Part shown: piece by piece, positions 44,655-64,000 of the stretch | Position numbering within the stretch: the first letter of the stretch is position 1 | How the letters are laid out: each line of letters starts with the position of its first letter | NCBI RefSeq assembly: GCF_009914755.1 | Contig: NC_060932.1 | DNA length: 64,000 nucleotides | Source of the DNA: the human T2T-CHM13v2.0 reference genome, Homo sapiens | Direction: 5' to 3' (one strand) | Position numbers and translations under genes: made by a program | The notes under the pieces: model-generated | What the model was told of the DNA's origin: nothing | What the model saw: the letters and a program-made list of their open reading frames with translations, nothing else | The model's database searches: none

Positions 44655-47600
44655 TTAATTTGGAACATACAGGACAATTTATTGAAGTCAATCTCAAGCA
44701 AAATCTGAAATCAGTGGAATGTCATTAAAAACCTTTCCAAATTAATCCTCACGGAAGCAAAAAACACATTGGAATTCCAAAGTATTTGTAAAATAAAAAA
44801 GGCAACATCTCAGTAAATATAATGTACAAAAATTATATGTTCCTACCAGCACACACATCAGTAAAGAAGCTTAAATATTACAGGCAACCCTAAATACACT
44901 ATAACTAGTCAACAATAAGCTATCTATATACAGGTTAACCAAGCTTTACACGTTTCACACTATGCAATAAAACATAGGCCAATCAACAAAATCCTCAAAA
45001 TATTATATATCTTGAAGTCTATGTGGCAACATCAAGTCATTATACAGTAATGCCCTAGTGGAACACCCCCAGGGAAAATTAACACTAATCCCTTAGTGTC
45101 AAGAGCTTCTAGCCAAGTCACAGAAACTCAAAAGAGATTGACTTTAGTGAATATTGATGCTTTGTTATTAAAGACTCAAGTCTCAAGTGATTTAGGCAAA
45201 GTAATGGTTCACAGGATCTACAAAGTTTATTACAGATAAAGTACAGAAATAACCAATCTACAAAGATCATTATCATAAAGAACACGAGAAAATGAAAACG
45301 GAGTCTGTAGGTATCTGTGTTTGTTGTGCAATATCACTCAAATGGGTACAAATGAGTTTCTCATATCAATTCCAAATATACACATACCCTTGTATATAAA
45401 AAATGATATTAGCCAGTTGTAATACTCATTTAGCATCTTGATTATTAGTGGCAATATAATTATCTTAACATAGGGCATGTAACAGGACAAATGAGATAAA
45501 ATAATGACAACCAAGTAAGTTTTATCCAGTCCATTTCTAAACTGACAAGAATACCTTATTCAATACCTTATATAGGTCATCTGACAGATACTTGAGGGCT
45601 GTTTGCACACATCAAGTGTGTTGGCAGGCAGGGAGGGGAGCAGTAAAAGCTGAGGGTGCTTTCTCACTAACTAGCAGATGCAGTAATGCCACATAAGAAA
45701 ACTAAGGACTGAATAAATGACTTTGGCATCTATTCTATTTTCCCTTTTTACTTACATGTAAATTACTTTTACAGCCTACTGAAGGACAGGCAATTCTCAT
45801 CCCCCTCCCGCTTCATACATACGTGCCACAAGCACCCAAACTTGTCACTTATGCAATGGACTGACCAAAACAAAACAAAAAACAGAAATGTTTTTTGAAA
45901 GACACGGATTACCCACATTTTGGGAGTGTAACGTAAGTGCAATTTTTTGTTTTGTTTTTTTCCCTACATAGACATAGTAAAAGGAAAGAAGATGTGCTTG
46001 GGGAGAGGGTTGACAAAATGACAAAATAAAGAATGTACATAAAAAGTATTTGTAAAAATGCTGGTATCTCATGCAGGAGTCTCTTCCTCAAATGTGTTCA
46101 ATCAATCTGAGCTATCTACTGTGAACACTCTCCCATTTGCAGAACTTCACCTTTAATCCACGCTAAAGAGGATAAGAGACTAGGCTATTTATTTTCAAAA
46201 CAGTTTACAAAACAATGCTTTCTACTTCATAAATGTAAAAAGAAACTAAAATAAGGAGAATCTGAAGAGTTTCAAGTACTTAAAAAACCTGAATTCAATG
46301 AGGCAGAGGTCTCAATGTTAAAGTGACTATTTCGTACCTGTGGTAAACATTATCCCCCCCCTTACCCTTTACCAGGAGAAAGGGGGTTCCCTTTCTCCTG
46401 GTACCCCACCCCAGGTAAAAGTTGGTGAGATTTCAGTATATACACATTTCCAACTTTTCAGTATTTGTTAATTCATTGCAAAGCTGTCTAATTATAGTAT
46501 TCCCTAGTCCATCTGAAAATGGAAGCAAGTTCTACTTTTTGTTTTACAAATAACCAGAGACCAATTCTAGGTGGCCCTAGGCCAAAGGAAAGTGTTTCCA
46601 TTCATCAATTCATGTCTGCACCAACTTGGACAACTGGGGGAGGCTGGATGCATCAGCCTTGTGAAAAGTAACTTTAGTCTACGCTGCCCAGAAATAAAGC
46701 AACTTTCCAATGTCCTTTTTCTCATATGGAAGTATAGAATGTCAGCTTCCCAGCTGTGAGGGCTCCATAGCCACTGTTTTCTTATCTTGTTAAGAGGACA
46801 TGGCATGTGGCAGCCAACACCTTGACTTCAAGGTGAATGCTAAAGGAAGAGCTTTGTATTTAAAATGAAATGAAAGACAAGCAACAAGTCCTGGGCAGTC
46901 CAGAGATTGTATTCTCTACAGATGGCCTGTTTGCAAACAGTAGGTCTGGGTTTGACCTATTGGAATACACCATGCAAGAAACTACTCAAAAAGGAAATTC
47001 CACTTCATGAACCAGGAAAGTTGTCCAATAGCCTGTCCCATCTGAGGGTCCTTTACATGATTAGATACTCAATATCTCAGTTCCACAACGTTATTTACAG
47101 ACATGTTTTCAAATATTTTGTGTAAATGGCAGAAGGGAGCTGGGAGCAGTCCCCCTGCCTCCATTACTTTTTTAGCTTTCACATATGTTCTTGACTTGTA
47201 CAGAAAATCCCAAATTTTAAATGATTCCCCAACTCAGCCAGTTCTATAGATGAGGCCAGATCATTTTTGAGAATTAAGATAAGAGTGGGAACTTGTTAAA
47301 ACAAAAATGAAAATAAAACCCACCTCACTCCTGTATCTCTCCCTGATTAGACATTAAAGAGGTGAATCACTGCCTCTGGCTGCTTCAGCCTTCCAGGAAT
47401 GAAGAGCCATCCACCTTGCCCTTCTCAGCCAGCCACAGGCAGCTCTTCTGATTCTTCCCTCGCAGCAGTGGCGGTCCAGCCCCTCCCTCCCCTGCACAGT
47501 GCCTGAGAAAGTTTCCCAGGATTTCATCTTTAGCTCTTACTGATCCAGTTTCTGAAGCTTTAGGCTGATTATCAAAAATCTTATGTTCACTTCTTCCTTC

Positions 47601-50595
47601 AACAAATTAACATGTGGTTAAAAAAAATACCACCATTAGCCCATGCTGCTTTAAGTTATTTCATTGTTGGACAAGAATAAAAACCAGCCACTTACACTCT
47701 GACCACATATAGATTTAAAAGTTAACAAATACCAACTTCAGACTATGAGTGAGCAATGTCTTTTGGAATATTTCATTGGTGTATCACAGGCACAGTGCAT
47801 GTATACTCATGCACACATAAAGGACAATTTTCTCTTTCTGCATCTATAATCTGCAACTTAAAAATATATCAAATAGGTCAACATTGACGCTATGGAGGTG
47901 TGAGGAGAACTCCTTGGCACCAGCATGACTAAAACCGCTTTTTAGACCATTAAAGAACATTCATGGCCAAAGACTTCAGAACTATGGTTACCTTTTTTTT
48001 TTGAGATGGAGTCTCGCTCTGTCACCCAGGCTGGAGTGCAGTGATGTGATCTTGGCTCACTGCAACCTCTGCCTCCTGAGAAACTGGGACTACAGGTATG
48101 TGCCACCATGCCCGGCTCCTTTTTGTATTTTTAGCAGAGACAGGGTTTCACCATGTTGGTCAGGCTGGTCTCAAACTCCTGACCTCATGATCTGCCCACC
48201 TCGGCCTCCCAAAGTGCTGGGATTACAGGTGTGAGCCACTGCACCTGGCAGCTATTTTGTTTTCTACTCTGATTTCTGAAATGGTGAAACAATCCTATTA
48301 ATCATAATTTTTTTTTAATTTCAGCAGAGCTCTGTTACAGATATGAAAACAAAATGTGACACAATGAAGAAGCTGCATAAAAATACTGAAACCTAAGGTA
48401 TCTGTAGTATATAGGATGTACCCTGGCTTACCATAGAAAAGTCTTTAGATAGTAAATAGCACTAAGTCTAAAAGCAAGGAGATAAGATTTCATGTTGGAT
48501 ACTGTTTCAAGAACTGTATTTGGAATATTAAAGGAAATCCTTATGTTAGTAAGTTTAAAAAACCAAACATCATATACAAAATAAAATTTTAGTATGATAA
48601 AACCTAGCTTTTCTTATTTTTTAAAAGGACATCAAACTATATAATTGCTCAAGAGCAAAGTTTAGTGTTTTGGTGAGCTGTATTTCATGTTACTTGTAGC
48701 AATTATATTTGGTGACATGGATCGCATTTTCCATTTTGCTCTTTCTTTTGGGACCATATCTAATCAACAGAAGTACTGGAAGCCCAATGAGTCACCGCAG
48801 AATTAATTGCTGGAGTCAGGCAAATGGCAGTTTAGGAGCTTCAGTAAAAGAATTGTAGTGTTTTTTACAAGAGAAAATCCAGTATAATTGCACATTTACA
48901 TACAAAAAAAAGAGGCACAAAACAGATTTTCACCCTCTTTCCATAGAAGAGCTCTAAATTGATAAGCAAATGGAACACTCAATACAGCTGAAGGAATGTG
49001 GTAGAGCATCTACCCTCCCTACCTTCATAAGGTTACTAGGTACTTGAGGGAAAATAAATGCTACCAGGTACCAGCAATTGTAAGCAGTCAAAATTCACAG
49101 AGAAAGTTAACATTCATTCAAGCTAACCCTAGACTTCTACTTAGTACAGTGTTACAACAATGTCTGACATTACTAATTATTTTCATACAAGGAATACTGG
49201 AATATACATATTCCTAAGCATTAAAAGCAAGTGAGTTTGGTGAGCAGACATCTTGGTATACTCGCATCTATAAGAGTCAAGCATCACCATCAACCATTTT
49301 TGCTAACACTGACTTTCTTGGGAGTTTTCTCCAAGTGCTTCCTAAGATGAAGTGTGTTTGTGTGGCTCTTATGCACCCTGTAAAAGTAGAAGTTCTTCCC
49401 CTTACTCAATGGGAGCAATCTTAAGTACTGGATAATAATAGAAATTCTTTACATGTAACCTGGGGATGCCCCTACTACTTTCACCCCCCAAATTAGGAAC
49501 TCAACCAAAAAGATCTATTCAAATACAATTCAAACTCACTTGTGTGGTTTTACCAGGAAACATGACTGAATGGTCAGATGACAAAAGAAATGTTTGAGTA
49601 GGAGAGGAAAACAGAGACAAAAAATAAAATGCCTGTAATTCTCTCCAATTAAGACCAGGGTCTACAATAAAATTGGACAGAAAATGGTGCTTATATGATC
49701 CAAATTTTGGTTTATGCCTTCATCCCCCTTTAGCTGCCTTAATCAGTGTCAGGAAAATAGGAGTGACCATTCCAACTATGCTTCATATCCACAGAAACGC
49801 ACTTCATCCAAAACCCAAACCATCCATGTCAATGGAAAACGTTTTAAAAATCAGTGAGCACATCCATTCCTTTTTTTCCTTCCACCAAGGAAACACACCA
49901 TATACCCTTCTAGGTAAAGTTACCATAGTACAAAGCCCACCTTGTTTAAGACCACAGAGGTAAAATCCACCGAGGCATTGTTTTCAAGAGGCCAGATTTA
50001 ATACTTCCATAGAGCCCTTCTCTAAGCCTATGAAAAGCATTTTGAAGGGAAAGAGAAGTGAGCCTACCTACTGCTCAGTAAAGAGGTATATAAAGCTTAT
50101 CATACCCTTTCCTAGAGGGCTTTCTCAGATTCCTACTTAAAACACACACACACTTGATTAGACTATTGAACTACACTTCTTGAAATTCCTAAAAATGAAA
50201 ATAAATAAAGGAATGATGGCTACTTTTGCTTTATACAACCAAGGAACACATCTTAGACTTTAAATTTATCTCATTAACAAAACTTACTTTTCTCTTTGTT
50301 CTTATTTTAACAGCAAAAACATTTCTTTTTCAAGCTGCAATGGCACTGAAGCACAATAAAAGGCAAGAAAAGACCAAGGGAATTTAACCCTCCACAAAAG
50401 AATCCCAAACCAACCAAATCAAACAAAAACCAGACACCACCAACTGCTTCTGCCTGCATGAACTGGTTTCCCATTTTTGCTTTAATAAGGCAGTTCCGAT
50501 GGCAAAGGCTGTATGCACTGTAGCAGTCTCTTCTTTTTAAATGCATGATCTATTTGCTTTTTTCACTTAAATAGAAAGGAGGGGACACCACACAT
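44655..50595 (-). other. NSD3: NSD3 long 3'UTR (~5.9 kb; contains an internally deleted Alu at ~47993-48250)
   Basis: Lies between the stop codon and the PAS; AU-rich and nearly repeat-free; Pumilio-type TGTANATA at 44925-44932 and 47092-47099 (minus). Confidence 0.75.
44678..44683 (-). terminator. NSD3: NSD3 distal polyadenylation signal (AATAAA)
   Basis: TTTATT on +, at the AT-rich UTR/CpG-island boundary, with U/GU-rich sequence downstream on the minus strand. Confidence 0.7.
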
Positions 50596-63711
<13,116 letters not shown>

Positions 63712-64000
63712 CTAGAAAACAAAATCGCAAGCGAGAGAGAGGCAGCAGGTAAGTCATCTGGCAATGTGAACAGGAACATCTAAAACATCCACGCTACTGC
63801 CTCGTGGTGCTACTCCGAGAAAGGTTGTCTTTCCTGATGAATAAGCTGAGATTAATAACCATCTCTTTTGTCATTTAGTTGACAAAAATATCAAAGCCTC
63901 ATGTGAATTTTCACTTATTTATCCTGGGTATTTCTACTTTCACTAGATGGAAATTTCATAACTGAAAACAAGAGAAAATACGCTTGTTTGTGGGTTCTCT

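Overview
Primate (human-like) genomic DNA matching the 8p11.23 gene order. It holds the complete DDHD2 gene (+ strand, 16 coding exons that splice to 711 aa), the complete PLPP5/PPAPDC1B gene (- strand, 7 exons, 264 aa, plus two candidate alternative last exons) and the last six coding exons and ~5.9 kb 3'UTR of NSD3/WHSC1L1 (- strand; AWS-SET-postSET-PHD5-C5HCH). Exon boundaries were read from GT/AG sites with phase arithmetic. The rest is very Alu-rich, with THE1, ERVL/MLT2, MLT1, MER58, Charlie1, L1 and L2 remnants. No wholly new gene system is evident. The most unusual observations are: a ~315 bp copy of the DDHD2 intron 2/exon 3 junction inserted in the middle of a neighbouring Alu; a G-quadruplex/hairpin hybrid motif in the NSD3 3'UTR; a CpG-retaining four-arm cloverleaf in an NSD3 intron; PLPP5 3' splice choices that set the catalytic Asp; a polyadenylated MER41-like LTR fragment with TSDs; and template-switch-like palindromes. 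Repeat family names come from recalled consensus sequences, and their boundaries are approximate.
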